Below, piece after piece: positions 48,760 through 61,090 of a stretch of DNA of 64,000 nucleotides. The stretch is from Sphaerodactylus townsendi (Eukaryota). Numbering within the stretch: the stretch's first letter is position 1; each line of letters begins with the position of its first letter. The DNA is taken from the NCBI RefSeq assembly GCF_021028975.2, contig NC_059427.1, forward strand, positions 16,988,001-17,052,000, given 5' to 3'. The notes beneath the pieces are model-generated. The model had not been told where the DNA came from. It did no database searches and saw only the letters and a list, made by a program, of their open reading frames with translations. Position numbers and translations under genes: made by a program.

Positions 48760-49450
48760 ACAGCTCCGATGTTTCCAAAACACCCGACCCACATTTTCCC
48801 CGACGGCTCCGCTCTGGAACCGCCTCCCGGGTCCGTGTGGTGGGCGTCCCGGGCGCTTCCTGGCGCTCTCCCTCGGCCAATCAGATGCCCCCTAGCGAGC
48901 CACATGTGGCCTCCCCTCCACGAATCCTCCCTTCCCCATCATGGCTGGCGAGAGCCCTTTGGAGATCCTGCAGCGGGAGATCACCTGCTCCATCTGCCTG
49001 GGCTACTTCAAGGAGCCGGTCTCCATCGACTGCGGGCACAACTTCTGCCAGGCCTGCATCACGCAGTGCTGGGGGCGGTCGGACGACGAGAACACGTCGT
49101 GCCCGCAGTGCCGGCGCTGGTCGCGGAAGAGGAGCTTCAGGCCCAACCGGGAGCTTGGCAACGTGGTGGAGGTGACCAAGCGGCTGCGGCTGGAGGCGGT
49201 CCACGCGCTGGCCGGGCAGCGGCTGTGCGAGAAGCACCAGGAGCCCCTGAAGCTCTTCTGCGAGCAGGACGAGACGCCCGTCTGTGTCATCTGCAGGGAG
49301 TCGCGGGTCCACAAGGCCCACCCCATGCTGCCCATCGAGGAGGCGGCCCAGGATTACAAGGTGGGTCCGCCGCCCCCTTTACCTTGCCCCGGTTCCCCCG
49401 TGTCACCGGAGGCCGACCCTTTGGAAGAGCAGAGGCGACCCTGCATTTGT
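48760..49450 (+). promoter_or_regulatory. CpG island over TRIM-D promoter/exon 1 with CCAAT box (ctcggccaatcag ~48872)
   Basis: Visibly dense in CpG and GC compared with the flanks. Confidence 0.65.
48941..49360 (+). CDS. TRIM-D exon 1 (RING + B-box2), CpG-rich
   Basis: MAGESPLEILQREITCSICLGYFKEPVSIDCGHNFCQAC..CPQC..CEKHQEPL..AAQDYK|GTGGGT. Confidence 0.94.
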
Positions 49451-52400
49451 CACCACCAACCTCTGCTGCCTCCCTCTTCGCCATAATCCTGTGCATCTCC
49501 ACTCAGAAGCACCTCTCGTGGTGGGGTTTGCTAGATTGCTGTGCATGGGATTGCAGTTTGTGCAGGGTTACCAGGCCAGACAACCGACTCCCTCTCTGTT
49601 CCACTCAGATCTGTCCACAGTGATCCATGCAGTGGTCACGTCCAGGCTAGATTACTGTAATTCACACTACGTTGGCCTGCCCTTTAGACTGCTCCAGAAA
49701 ATGCAACAGTTGGGAGAGTGCTCACCGGGACTCTGGTCAGGGAACATATAAGATCTGTATTCTGCTGACTGCACTGGTTCCCATTTGAATTTTGGTGTTA
49801 ACCTTTGAGCAGAACCTTTGTATCTTCAGGACTGCATCTCCGCACACAAGAGGACTCTTTGATCCTCTGATAGCAATCTACTGGTGGTCCCTGACCCCAA
49901 GGACATTCAGCTGACTTCCACCAGAGCCAGGGCTTTGGACATCAGGCTTCTGAGGGATATAAACTAGTTCTTCAGAGCCTGTAAGACCAAGATGTTTTGC
50001 CAGGCCTACAGCTAAAGCCGCTTGGTCCATATTGTGTTATACTGGCCCCAAGACTCTACCCCCTCCTCTTCCAGCCTGTAGGACTTTGAAACTATGGCAA
50101 GAGTTAGACTTAATATTTATTTTATTTATTTATATCCCGCCCTATCCCTGCAGGGCTCAGGCAATGTATTCGCCAAACCGCCATCTGAGAAATTATTATC
50201 CATTAGAAGGTTTTTATTTATTGATATAGCGTTTTTAGATTGTGACTTAAGTATGTTTGTTATCTGCCCTGAGCCTGGCCTTGATTGGGGAGGGTCATCC
50301 TGGTTTCGCATTTGGGTGAGAGACCCTTTGGCAGTTTACCCAGAAACAAGCTGTCTGGCAGGGCTACATGGGTCCTTGGACCCAGCAGAAAGGTAAACCT
50401 GGGTGAAGCAGGTTGTGATCAAGAGCAGCTTTAGAAGAAGAAGAAGAGTTTGGATTTATATCCCCCCTTTCTCTCATGTAGGGAGACTCAAAAGGGCTTA
50501 CAGTCTCCTTGCCCTTCCCCCTGTGAGGTGGGTGGGGCTGAGAGAGCTCCGAAAAGCTGTGACTAGCCCAAGGTCACCCAGCTGGCGTGTGTGGGAGTGC
50601 ACAGGCTAATCTGAACTCCCCAGATAAGCCTCCACAGCTCAAGCGGCAGAGCGGGGAATCAAACCCGGTTCCTCCAGATTAGAATGCACCTGCTCTTAAC
50701 CACTACGCCACGGCTGCTCCTGTCTTCTGACTTGGGGAAGGTTGTGGCAGCAGAAAGCAAGCCTGTCTGAAAGAGCAATGGCTCTCTGGGCGGCCCTAGA
50801 AGGATGGAACTAATTAGGGTTGCACTGTAAGGCTGTGATCCTGAACAGACCTTTTATATGGGACTAAGCCCCCTGGAAACCAGTGGGAGAAACCTGCATA
50901 GGATCAGGTTGCAAGCGGTCAAAGCAGAAAACAGCCTTCCCAAAATCTGGTGGGGGTGGGGATGGGGGAGAGGTTCCTTAATGCCTTCCTAACATGTCTT
51001 TTGGTCTATGTTCAGAAAAGAGTTGCCATCCACCTGAAAGCCCTGAAGTACAGGAGAGAAAAACTGAAAGAGTCTAAAGAGGACTTGGAGTGCAGAACCC
51101 AGGCCGATCAGGTAGGTTCTTGTCTCAGTTGTCCAGGAAGATCCGAGATGTGAGGGATGCCTCTTTGTTTTCATGCTGGGGAAAGAGTGAATCAGTTTGG
51201 AATGACTAAAACCCAGTCTCCTCAGGTGCCATCCTTACTGTAGGGCGCTTTTACCTTTCACTTGTAGGTTTAATTAAGCGAGGGCGTTGACAGTATGACG
51301 GGTCTTATCATGTGCAGCCGTTGTGTCCCTCACAACAGGATCTCATGGCTCTTGAGGACACAGGCTGTGATGTTTTGGGCCTGTTTTTTTTTCTGTTGCT
51401 GCCCTGGAAGGGATGAGGCAGGTACCTTCCAATGAGGCTGCGCTGTTGGAAGTTATTTAAGTGTGGAACGCTGCTTGAGCAGGCAGCTTGAAAGAGTTAA
51501 GTCTTATCTGCATTATTAAATAGCCTGTTGTAATCACCTGCTGTAATTAATAGACTAGAATCATAGGTGTCAAACAGGCCCTGATGGGAACTGTAGTCCA
51601 TTACATCTGGAGGGCCGTGAGTTTGACACCTGTGGACTAGATGGTTAGTTTTGTATTTTGTCAATTGTTGCTTTCAGCCTTTGGTCCTGCGTACGTTGAG
51701 AGAAAGACCAGCTATATAAACATTCTAAAGAAATAAGTCTTCTCCATTTCAAGGTTTTCTTGCCCTTATCAATAGTATTTCCCTCTTTACTAAGCATACA
51801 TATTCTCTGCCCCCCTCAACTAAAGCAATTTGTGCTCCTTGCATTAAAAAAATGATCTGTGTGCATCCCCTCTTTCTTTGTCTGGGGTCATCAGAGCTAA
51901 GCAGGGTTCTCCAGTAAGAGAATAAAACTGCTGATATCATAAACTGGAGCACCTTCCCTATGAGGAGAGGCTGCAGCATTTGGGACTCTTTAGTTTGGAG
52001 AGGAGACGTCTGAGGAGGGATATGATTGAAGTCTATAAAATTATGCATGGGGTAGAAAATGTTGACAGAGAGAAATTTTTCTCTCTTTTTCACAATACTA
52101 GAACCAGGGGGCATCCATTGAAAATGCTGGGGGGAAGAATTAGGACTAATAAAAGGAAACACTTCTTCACGCAACGTGTGATTGGTGTTTGGAATATGCT
52201 GCCACAGGAGGTGGTGATGGCCACTAACCTGGATAGCTTTAAAAGGGGCTTAAACAGATTTATGGAGGAGAAGTCGATTTATGGCTACCAATCTTGATCC
52301 TCTTGGATCTGAGATTGCAAATGCCTTAACAGTCCAGGTGCTCGGGAGCAACAGCTGCAGAAGGCCCTTGCTTTCACATCCAGCACGTGAGCTCCCAAAG

Positions 52401-55400
52401 GCACCTGGTGGGCCACTGCGAGTAGCAGAGAGCTGGACTAGATGGACTCTGGTCTGATCCAGCTGGCTTGTTCTTATGTTCTTATGTTCTCATAGTCACT
52501 GTCACTGGTTGGATGGGAGACAAACAAGGAAGTATAGAGTTGCTATGCAGAGGAAGGCAACAGAACATAAGAAAAGCCATCCTGGATCAGAGCAAGGGCC
52601 ATCAAGTCCAGCAGTTTGTTCGCACAGTAGTTAACCAGGTTCCTTTAGGAAGCCCACTAACAAGGCAACTGCAGCCTCATTCTCCTGCCTTGTGTTCCAC
52701 AGCACCTAATATAACAGGCATGCTTCTCTGATACTGGAAAGAATAGGTGTGCATCATGACTCGTATTCATTTTGACTAGTAGCCATGGATAGAACTGACC
52801 TCTGTGAACATATCCACTCCCCTCTTTAAGCCTTCCAAACTGGCAGCCATCACCACCCCATCTTGTGGCAGAGAGTTCCACAGTTTAACCATGTGTTGTA
52901 TGAAGAAATACTTCCTTTTGTCTGTTTCGCATCTCTCTCCCTTCAGTTTCCGCAGATGAACCTACATATTCTAGCATTATGAGAGAGGGAGAAAAGCTTC
53001 TTCCTGTCTTCTCTGTCCGCACCATGTATAATTTTACAGACTCCCTCAACCACCTTTTTCCCAAGCTAAACAGCCTTCAGCTTTTTACCCACTCATCATA
53101 GGGTGGTTGTTCCAGCCTACTGATCATTCTGGTTACTTTTTTCTGCATCCCCTCAAGGTCTGTAATATCCTTTTCTAAGTGTGTTGATCAGAGCTGTTCA
53201 CAGTATTTCACGTGTGGTCTCACCATAGAGTTGTACAAGGGCAGTATGATATCAGCAGTTTTATTCTCTTGCTCCTTGTCTAATTATGGTCAGTGTGGAA
53301 TTTGTCTTTATCAAAGCAGCTGCTCACTGGGTTGACATCTTCATTGAGCTGTTGACTACCACCCCAAGATCCTTTTCTTGGTCTGCTGCCGCCAGTGCAG
53401 AGCGTATCAGTGTACATGTAAACATGGGATTATTTGCCCCAATAGTGGTGTCATCTGCAAACTGGGCCACTTTGTTGTTCACCCCCAGCTCCAGATCATT
53501 GATGAACAAGTTGAAAACACCAGTCCCAACACAAATCCCTGAGGCGCGCCACTGCTCACATCCTTCCATTGTGAGGACTGACCATTTATTCCTACTCTCT
53601 GCTTTCTAGTTTAGCCAGCTCTCAATCTGTAAGAGGACTTCATGACTTTGTCAGAGGTCTTTTGGAAAGCCAAATGTTCAGTGTCCACAGGCTCAGTCTA
53701 CATGCTTATTGACTCTTTCCAGAAATTCTGAAGAACCTACCTTTGCAGAAGCCATGTTGGTTTTTGGTCAGCAGGGCTTGTCTTTCTATATTCTTGTCAA
53801 ATCTATCTTGAATAATGCTTATATCAATTTACCTGGAACGGACATTAAGCTAATTGGCCTGCAATTTCCTGGATTCCTCTGGAACCCTTTTTATAAATGG
53901 GTGTTACATTGGCTAATCTTAGGGACATGTTGCATATCATCATTAAAAGTTCAGGAGTTTCCTGTTTAAGTTCTTGAAGAGCTGTAGGATGAACTGGTCC
54001 TAATGACTTGTTAGTTTGCAGTTTGTCTGTATACGTTCTAGAACTTCCTGCCTTGTTACCATTGTTTGCCCCAGCTCCTCATTCTCCCCTCCCCAAAACA
54101 TCTGTTCAAGAAAAGGTATCTGCCTGGTATTTTCAACAGTAAAGACAGATGAGAGGAATTCACTTAGGCTCATTCCGCACATGCAGAATAATACACTTTC
54201 AAAATGCTTTCAGTGCTCTTTGAAGCTGTGCGGAATGGCAAAATCCACTTGCAAGCAGTTGTGAAAGTGGTTTGAAAACGCATTATTTTGCGTGTGCGGA
54301 AGGGGCCTTAGCTTCTCAGCAATCGTTTTATCCTCCGTATTCCTTTACTAAGGTAATGGCAAACCACCTCTCCTTGTCTTTTGACTGGAATGCCCTGTGG
54401 ATGGGGCTGCCATGAGTCAGTTACAACTCAACGGCACCATCTTCCTCATTCTTAGATGAACATCTAGAGGTTCACTATCACTTGTCACTCTGAGCAGCGG
54501 CTGCCTAGTTCACTTGCTGACTTGGTGGGGTGTGGGGGAGAGACCAGAAACTTTAGCACCTGTGCCTGGACTTTTTCAGCCTGAGCTAGACATATCCTTT
54601 CCCTGCTCATTTCAGGATGATGTGCAAACTGAGAAGCAGAAAGTAGAGTCTGAGTTTAATAAAATCCACGAATTCTTGGAGAAGATAGAGCGTTTCCTGA
54701 TTATTATGCTGAAGAAGTTTGACAAAGAGATTGTGCAGAGGAGAGACGGAGCTTCTACTAAACTCTCGGAGGAGATTTCTCGCTTGGATACCTTGATCAC
54801 AGATGTGGAAGAGAAATGTCAACTGTCAGCAAGTGAATTCCTGCAGGTGAGGTTGCCTTAGGGCTCTTTGCGCTGTTGGCTTTCTGCATTTCAGCAGTAA
54901 AGCCAGCAATGTGGGACTCAGTGCGGGTGGAAAAACCTTACTGAAGATTTTACACCCAGTCCCTTGTTTAGACTGTGCTGGTTTGAAATTAGATCAAATC
55001 TCTGTTAGGCTTTGTTTGCCACCTAATTTCTGTGCCCTTTGGCAATTTTTCTTTCATAAAAATATGAGACTGATCTTCTTTCTCTGTTTCCCCTTTCCCA
55101 GGACATCAGGAACATTTTGAGCAGGTATGTAGTTCTCTTGTAAACATCTGTCACCTTTTATTATGGCAGGGAGAACTGAGGAAGTCTAGACTTACATAGA
55201 ATCATAGAGTTGGAAGGGGCCATACAGACCACCTAGTCATACCCCCTACTCAATGCAGGATCAGCCTAGAGTTTCCCTGGCAAGTATGGTTGTGCCATTG
55301 CTTGAAGACTGCCAGCAAGGGGGAGCTCACCACTCCCCTGGGCAGCCGTTTCCACTGCTGAACGACTGTCATAAGAACATAAGAACTAGCCTGCTGGATC

Positions 55401-58400
55401 AGACCAGAGTCCATCTAGTCCAGCACTCTGCCACTCGCAGTGGCCCACCAGGTGCCTTTGGGAGCTCACGTGCAGGATGTGAAAGCAATGGTCTTCTGCT
55501 GCTGCTGCTGCTCCTGAGCACCTGGTCTGTTAAGGCATTTGCAATCTGAGATCAAGGAGGATCAAGATTGGTAGCCATAGATCGACTTCTCCTCCATAAA
55601 TCTGTCCAAGCCCTTGTTAAAGCTATCCAGGTTAGTGGCCATCACCACCTCCTGTGGCAGCATTTTCCAAACACCAATCACACGTTGCGTGAAGAAGTGT
55701 TTCCTTTTATTAGTCCTAATTCTTCCCCCCAGCATTTTCAATGAATGCCCCCTGGTTCAATGAATGCCCCCTGTCACTATAAAAAATTTTTTTTTTTAAA
55801 TATCCAGCTGGTACATTTCTGCTTCGTTATAGCAAGTTTTCGCCTCTGCTGCCAACAGGAACAGTTCTTTGCCCTCTTCTAAGGGACAGCCTTTCAAATA
55901 CTTCAGATACATCTAACAAAAGATTTTGAAGAGCAAGGTTCTCCCTGGGACATAAACCTTTAAGTGTTGCAAAGAAACTGCAACTTATTTTTGCTGGGAA
56001 AAGTTGTCAGGCTCCGTTTCTCTGCTCCACATGGCATGGGGTGAACAATGTCCAACTTGTGCTAAGCTTGGTTGTTCTTTTTCCCTGTTGGATGCCAACT
56101 GCTGAAATATCGCAAGAAACTACAGTTTGTGCAGAGTACGTCCTGAGCAGGGGAGCAGCCCTTGAATGAACCTGTGGATCTCTTGATTGGGTCTCATTAC
56201 GTTCTTGGCAGAAATCAAATTTCTTACGTTGATCATCAGAAAAGAGAATTAAATCTTTGGTTGTTTTTAAAAATCAGTAGCATTATGAAACTTTTTTTTC
56301 CTTTTCTGCTCCTGTCATTTTGTGATGTATAAAATGGAGAGTTAAACTGTCAAAACAGAGGATGAGGAGGAATCTAAAGAACTTGTTCCATTCCTTCTAA
56401 TCAACTGCAAAATTACTTTAGCCCTTTCCCCCACTCCTGGCCTTGATGGAGAGACCTTGCAATGCTGAGGCTTTGGTGACTTTTTCTCCTCTCAGAAGGG
56501 GTCCGAGGCAACTTCCATGTTGTTCGGTTGTAACCCCAAATGCAACAGATGAAAATACATAATCCACATCATAAAGAGACAAATTCTTTGCAAAACTGTC
56601 CCTGGTTACCATTATCCAAATATCCTCTTCAAAAAGTGCCATCTTTACTGGCCTTGCTGATGCTATACAAAACATTTCATTTGCGCCAAACAAACTTTCC
56701 CATTAGCAGATGGAATATGTATGAACATTCTGTAACACTAGAATATCTTAGTCAGTGATTTGGGAAGGGGACCTGCAGATAGGCAAACTTTCACCTTTTA
56801 TGTATATATAAGGCACGTCTGTTCCTGACTACAGAATAATGGATCCATTTTCGATTCTAGGTGTCAAGAAGGACAGCTGCCGCAGCTTGTGACAGTTCCT
56901 TCTTCTCCAACTGACCTGGAAAAAAAACTTGGACATTTCAGCCTGAAAAATATTGTTATCAAGGAGGCTCTGGAGAAATGTCAAGGTACCAAAAAGAAAA
57001 TGAGAGTTTGTAGTCACTTAAAATATTCACGAATTTCCTGACAGTGTTTTTATTGAGGTGCTGTGTGGTTTCCGGGCGGTATGGCCGTGTTCTAGCAGCA
57101 TTCTCTCCTAATGTTTCACCTGCATCTGTGGCTGCCATCTTCAGAGGATCCTTTAAAGATTCTAGCCGCAGATGCAGGTGAAACGTCAGGAGAGAATGCT
57201 GCTAGAACACGGTCATACAGCCCAGAAACCACCCAGCACCTCAGTGATTCCGGCTGTGAAAGCCTTCGACAATACAGTGTTTTTATTTATTTATTGGGTG
57301 AATGGGGAGTGTTTTGTTTTGTGGGGCACACAGGTATGGACCTCAGTATAGTGTGTTCTACCTGAAAGAAATACCACCTTAATGCCCAGAATGAAATAGA
57401 AACTATTTTGATGACTAAGATGAATTAGAAGGAAAATGGGGGAGAGCAGGCAGATGGGAAGGAAAAATGAACTTTGGTGAAAAGTGCACAAAATCTTAAA
57501 AGAAGAAGAAGAAGAGTTTGGATTTATATCTCCCCTTTCTCTCCTGCAGAAGACTCAAAGGGGCTTACAATCTCCTTGCCCTTCCCCCCTCACAACAAAC
57601 ACCCTGTGAGGTGGCTGGGGCTGAGAGAGCTCCGAAAAGCTGTGACTAGCCCAAGGTCACCCAGCTGGTGTGTGTGGGAGTGTACAGGCTAATCTGAATT
57701 CCCCCGATAAGCCTCCACAGCTCAGGCGGCAGAGCTGGGAATCAAACCCGGTTCCTCCAGATTAGATACACGCGCTCTTAACCTCCTACGCCACTGCTGC
57801 TCCTAAGTGTGCCGATCATGGGGGAATACCAGCTGACCACCTGGGCCCATCATCTTTCTATTCCTCCTCCCACAGCACACATCTCTGACATTTTTTCTCT
57901 CCCAGCCAACTCAATCGTCCACTTTACCCACAGCAACCATACTGATGTTCTTGAAGTTAATGAGAATCTTTTCCCCCCTCAGCTGCTGTAATATCAGACC
58001 ATTAACATTCTGGGGAGTTGCCCTCTCCTGCCGATTTAGCTGGTCTGTGGAATCTGAATTTTTGTTTGTGCATTTTTTATTAATCATCCTCTTATGACTT
58101 GTGAGGGATTGTGACAGAAAAAGAAGAAAGCTGAGATGGGTGGCCTGCCAATTACTGAGTCAAATGCCATCTTCTGTATCTGACTGATAAGCTGTCCCCA
58201 TCCCCCGTAAAAGCTGCAATATATGAAGAGACTCTAGCGCTTATATTTGCTATTCCCTCCCCCACACTCATAGTTTATGGAAGGGTAAGGCATACTTTAA
58301 AAATAAACAATTTATATCCCGCGCCAGCGTAACAGAGAGGTTTGAGTCTCTTTCTCTTCCTTCCCTCTCTAGAGATAATGATATCAGAATTGGCAAAAGC

Positions 58401-61090
58401 AAGGACAATGGAAACAGCAGCTAAACAAGGTATGTGGACCTCTTGTTCTGTTCCCAGGAACATTCAATTATGGCTCGAGAAGGGATTATGGGAACAGTCC
58501 CTCCGTCCAGCAGACAAAGGGTTATACTCTCATCTAACCTTTAAGGCTGCCCCCCTTGTAGCTTACAAAGAGTTGGAAGTTTTCTCCCCTCATTACTGTG
58601 TCAGCATCCAGCTCCAGATCTTCAAATACCTGTAGATGACATCAGTTTCCCAAGTGTCCCCCTGCCCATCCTTGGGTCTTCCCTTTACCTTAATTTTTAT
58701 TTATATTATTTGTAGTCAAACTCACTGAGACTCGAGGCAGATTAAATAGTATCCATGGCAAGCGGGAAGCTGCATGGGGATGAGCTCTGCATGAGGCCAA
58801 TTAAACCTGCTTTAAAAAATTTTGAATTTACAAACTCTTGGACTATGCTTTGGAGGGTGGCTGCTATCATCTGATCTCCGGGAGTTCTTCTGTTATTCCA
58901 CTTTCCCCGTGTAAGAGGCTTCAGGGTCGCCATTGCTTTCACGGCCTTCAGTGTTGAGGAAGCTAAAGCCATTAATTAGCCGCTGCAATTCCTCCCTTCC
59001 CTCTCCGCTGCTTGACAATCATTCATGACTGACAAATCTAAACCTCGTGTTTCAAAGAAGAAAATAAGTTCAGTGACATCAGCCACCTCAGACCAGCCTA
59101 AATGGGCTGATTTGTTCTACCTGTCTTGGGAAACACTGACCTTTTAGAGGGAAGGAAAGTGGCCGAAAGTGAAAGCAACTCACTACATACGCATACAGCT
59201 GACCAAGATCTTCTTGATGAACTAAACTTAGAGCCTCCAGAGCATTTAGCAACATCAGAGAAAGAAAGCAATGCTTCTCCTTCTAGTGCCGTGGTGGCGA
59301 ACCTTTGGCACTCCAGATGTTATGGACTACAATTCCCATCAGCCCCTGCCAGCATGGCCAATTGGCCATGCTGGCAGGGGCTGATGGGAATTGTAGTCCA
59401 TAACATCTGGAGTGCCAAAGGTTCGCCACCACTGTTCTAGTGACTTTTCTTCCAGAGTGCTCTTTGAACTTGCCGACCAATGCCCCCTAACTGCTGAAAC
59501 TTTACAATTTGTAATGGGAAAGCTAGATACAATGAGTACCAAACTTCCATCTTTTTAGGCCTCAGCCTGAACCACTATTTGAACAATAAACTGCTTAATG
59601 GACCAGTTTATTAATTCCTCAACCTTCCCCATTTATTGGTTGGTTGGTTTTTGCAAGCCTCTCTATCTTGCATTGGGATACTCTGAATTAAGATGGATAA
59701 ATAAAATGGTAGCCTTAAAGGGTCCAGTCGTACTTTCTGCATAAAATCCTTGGCTTGCCCCATTCTATTCCCTATGCGGCCCTGTGCTTAGAAACAGGCC
59801 AGCATCGGCTGGAAACTCTGGCCTGGTGCCGTACATTCAAGTTTTGGGCCAGGATTTGTTTTAATCGAGATGAACTGGACTATACATCCCAGGGATGCTC
59901 CATCCTCCACACAACCCAGTGGTGGGTTAAAATCGAGCCAAACTTAATGAGTTGGGCATTTCCTTGGAGGACCTGCTAATGTTAACAGAGCAGGAGGTCT
60001 ATGGGGCTATCAAGAAGAGACTTTTTGATAGAGAGTTTCAACAGATGCTAGAGGAAGCTAATAAAACCTGTTCCCAGATCTCTCTGGGAATACCTGTGGA
60101 TAGATTAATTGTAGCCCAGTACCTTTATCTCCTGGTTGAGGCCCGGTGGCGTAGAGCAATCACCTTAGCTAGGTGTAATGCCCTGCCTTCTGCCTTTAGC
60201 CTTGGACGCCACCTTGGAATTCCACATAAAGAAAGGAAATGCCCGTGTGGCATGGGTTCTGTGGAAACAGTATCTCATATGCTGTTGAATTGTCCTTTTT
60301 ATGAGATAGATAGGAAGAAGCACATAATCCCCTTCCTGCATGGAAGTGAAGGCATTACAGATAAACAGAAGGTTATATATCTTTTAAACAGCCACAACTA
60401 CGAGCTGTTGGAAGCGGTGGCTAAATTTTTTAATGGTGTTATTTTAACTCGTCAGAAGTTGTAAAGGCTGTTATTATCTTGCAATGTTATTTAAATGTTA
60501 AAAAAATAATAAATAAAATTGTAGCCTTCCTTGTGGCAGAGCCCTTCTGACATTGTTTCTTTTTCCCCTTAGCCATCATAACTCTGGACCCAAGCTCGGC
60601 TCACCCCACGTTTGTGGTGAGTGAAGACAGGAAGAGTGTGAAGCAGGGAACTGCGTGGCAGGAGCTGCCTGACACCCCTGAGAGATTTGACACCGCCGTC
60701 AATGTGCTGGGCTGTGAACGATTCACCTCAGGCATACACTACTGGGAAGTGGAAGTGGGGGATGGGCAAAACTGGGCTCTTGGTGTCTCCTGGGAGTCAG
60801 TGAAGAGGAAAGGCGATATCATCATGTGCCCTGAGGAGGGGATCTGGGCTTTGGGGCTCTGTGGGGATCAATATAAGGCTTTTACTTCACCTGAGACATG
60901 CCTCACCCTAGATGAACCCCCAGAAAAAATCCAGGTTTTTCTGCATTATGAAAGGGGTTGGGTGGCATTTTTTGATGCTGATTATATGTCCCTGATCTTT
61001 ATTTTCCAGTCAGCTAAATTCCTGGGGGAGAAAGTCTGTCCTTTCTTTAAAGTGTTTAGTACAACTACAGAGCTTAAACTGTGTCCCTGA
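48941..61090 (+). CDS. TRIM-D: RING/B-box/coiled-coil/PRY-SPRY E3 ligase (TRIM27/39/7-like), ~489 aa
   Basis: Exons 48941-49360, 51016-51111, 54616-54846, 55102-55124, 56861-56985, 58373-58429, 60573-61090; in frame with canonical splice sites. Confidence 0.92.
49580..50015 (+). mobile_element. Degenerate L2-type LINE fragment
   Basis: VIHAVVTSRLDYCNS motif. Confidence 0.75.
50433..50720 (-). mobile_element. tRNA-derived squamate SINE with (CTT)n tail
   Basis: A/B-box-like head (gtggcgtagtggttaagag..ggtttgattccc). Copies at 57501-57803, 6928-7166, 7750-8226, 20278-20560, 25182-25375. Confidence 0.8.
51016..51111 (+). CDS. TRIM-D exon 2 (96 nt)
   Basis: KRVAIHLKALKYRREKLKESKEDLECRTQADQ|GTAGGT. 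Confidence 0.88.
51943..52488 (+). mobile_element. Young CR1 3' fragment
   Basis: ORF 51980-52297 and tail. Confidence 0.9.
52560..54345 (-). mobile_element. Older CR1 RT fragment
   Basis: FNLFINDLELGVNNKVAQFADDT and EKDLGVVV motifs. Confidence 0.8.
54616..54846 (+). CDS. TRIM-D exon 3 (231 nt)
   Basis: DDVQTEKQKVESEF...CQLSASEFLQ|GTGAGG. Confidence 0.92.
55102..55124 (+). CDS. TRIM-D exon 4 (23 nt)
   Basis: tcccag|DIRNILSR|GTATGT. Confidence 0.88.
55371..55755 (-). mobile_element. Young CR1 3' fragment
   Basis: Reverse complement of ~52104-52488. Confidence 0.9.
56861..56985 (+). CDS. TRIM-D exon 5 (125 nt)
   Basis: CQEGQLPQLVTVPSSPTDLEKKLGHFSLKNIVIKEALEKCQ|GTACC. Confidence 0.85.
57050..57275. 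mobile_element. Inverted (head-to-head) Penelope terminal repeats
   Basis: Palindrome centred on gaggatcct ~57148; ends gaaagccttcgacaatac. Single arms at ~23817-23945 and ~16170-16241. Confidence 0.75.
57501..57803 (-). mobile_element. tRNA-derived squamate SINE
   Basis: Highly similar to 50433-50720. Confidence 0.8.
58373..58429 (+). CDS. TRIM-D exon 6 (57 nt)
   Basis: ctctag|(E)IMISELAKARTMETAAKQ|GTATGT. Confidence 0.8.
59289..59434. mobile_element. Palindromic 146-bp hAT MITE
   Basis: TSD ttctagtg. Confidence 0.9.
59725..60520 (+). mobile_element. Non-LTR retrotransposon 3' end (RTE-X-like) with CCHC knuckle
   Basis: ERKCPCGMGSVETVSHMLLNCPFY followed by an aataa tail. Confidence 0.7.
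60573..61090 (+). CDS. TRIM-D exon 7 (PRY-SPRY)
   Basis: IITLDPSSAHPTFVVSEDRKSV..TSGIHYWEVEV..IQVFLHYERGWVAFFD. Confidence 0.95.

Noticed and set aside
59952-60464. 170-aa ORF as a host zinc-finger gene
   Set aside because: It fits a non-LTR retrotransposon ORF2 C-terminal CCHC region with a 3' tail, inside an intron.
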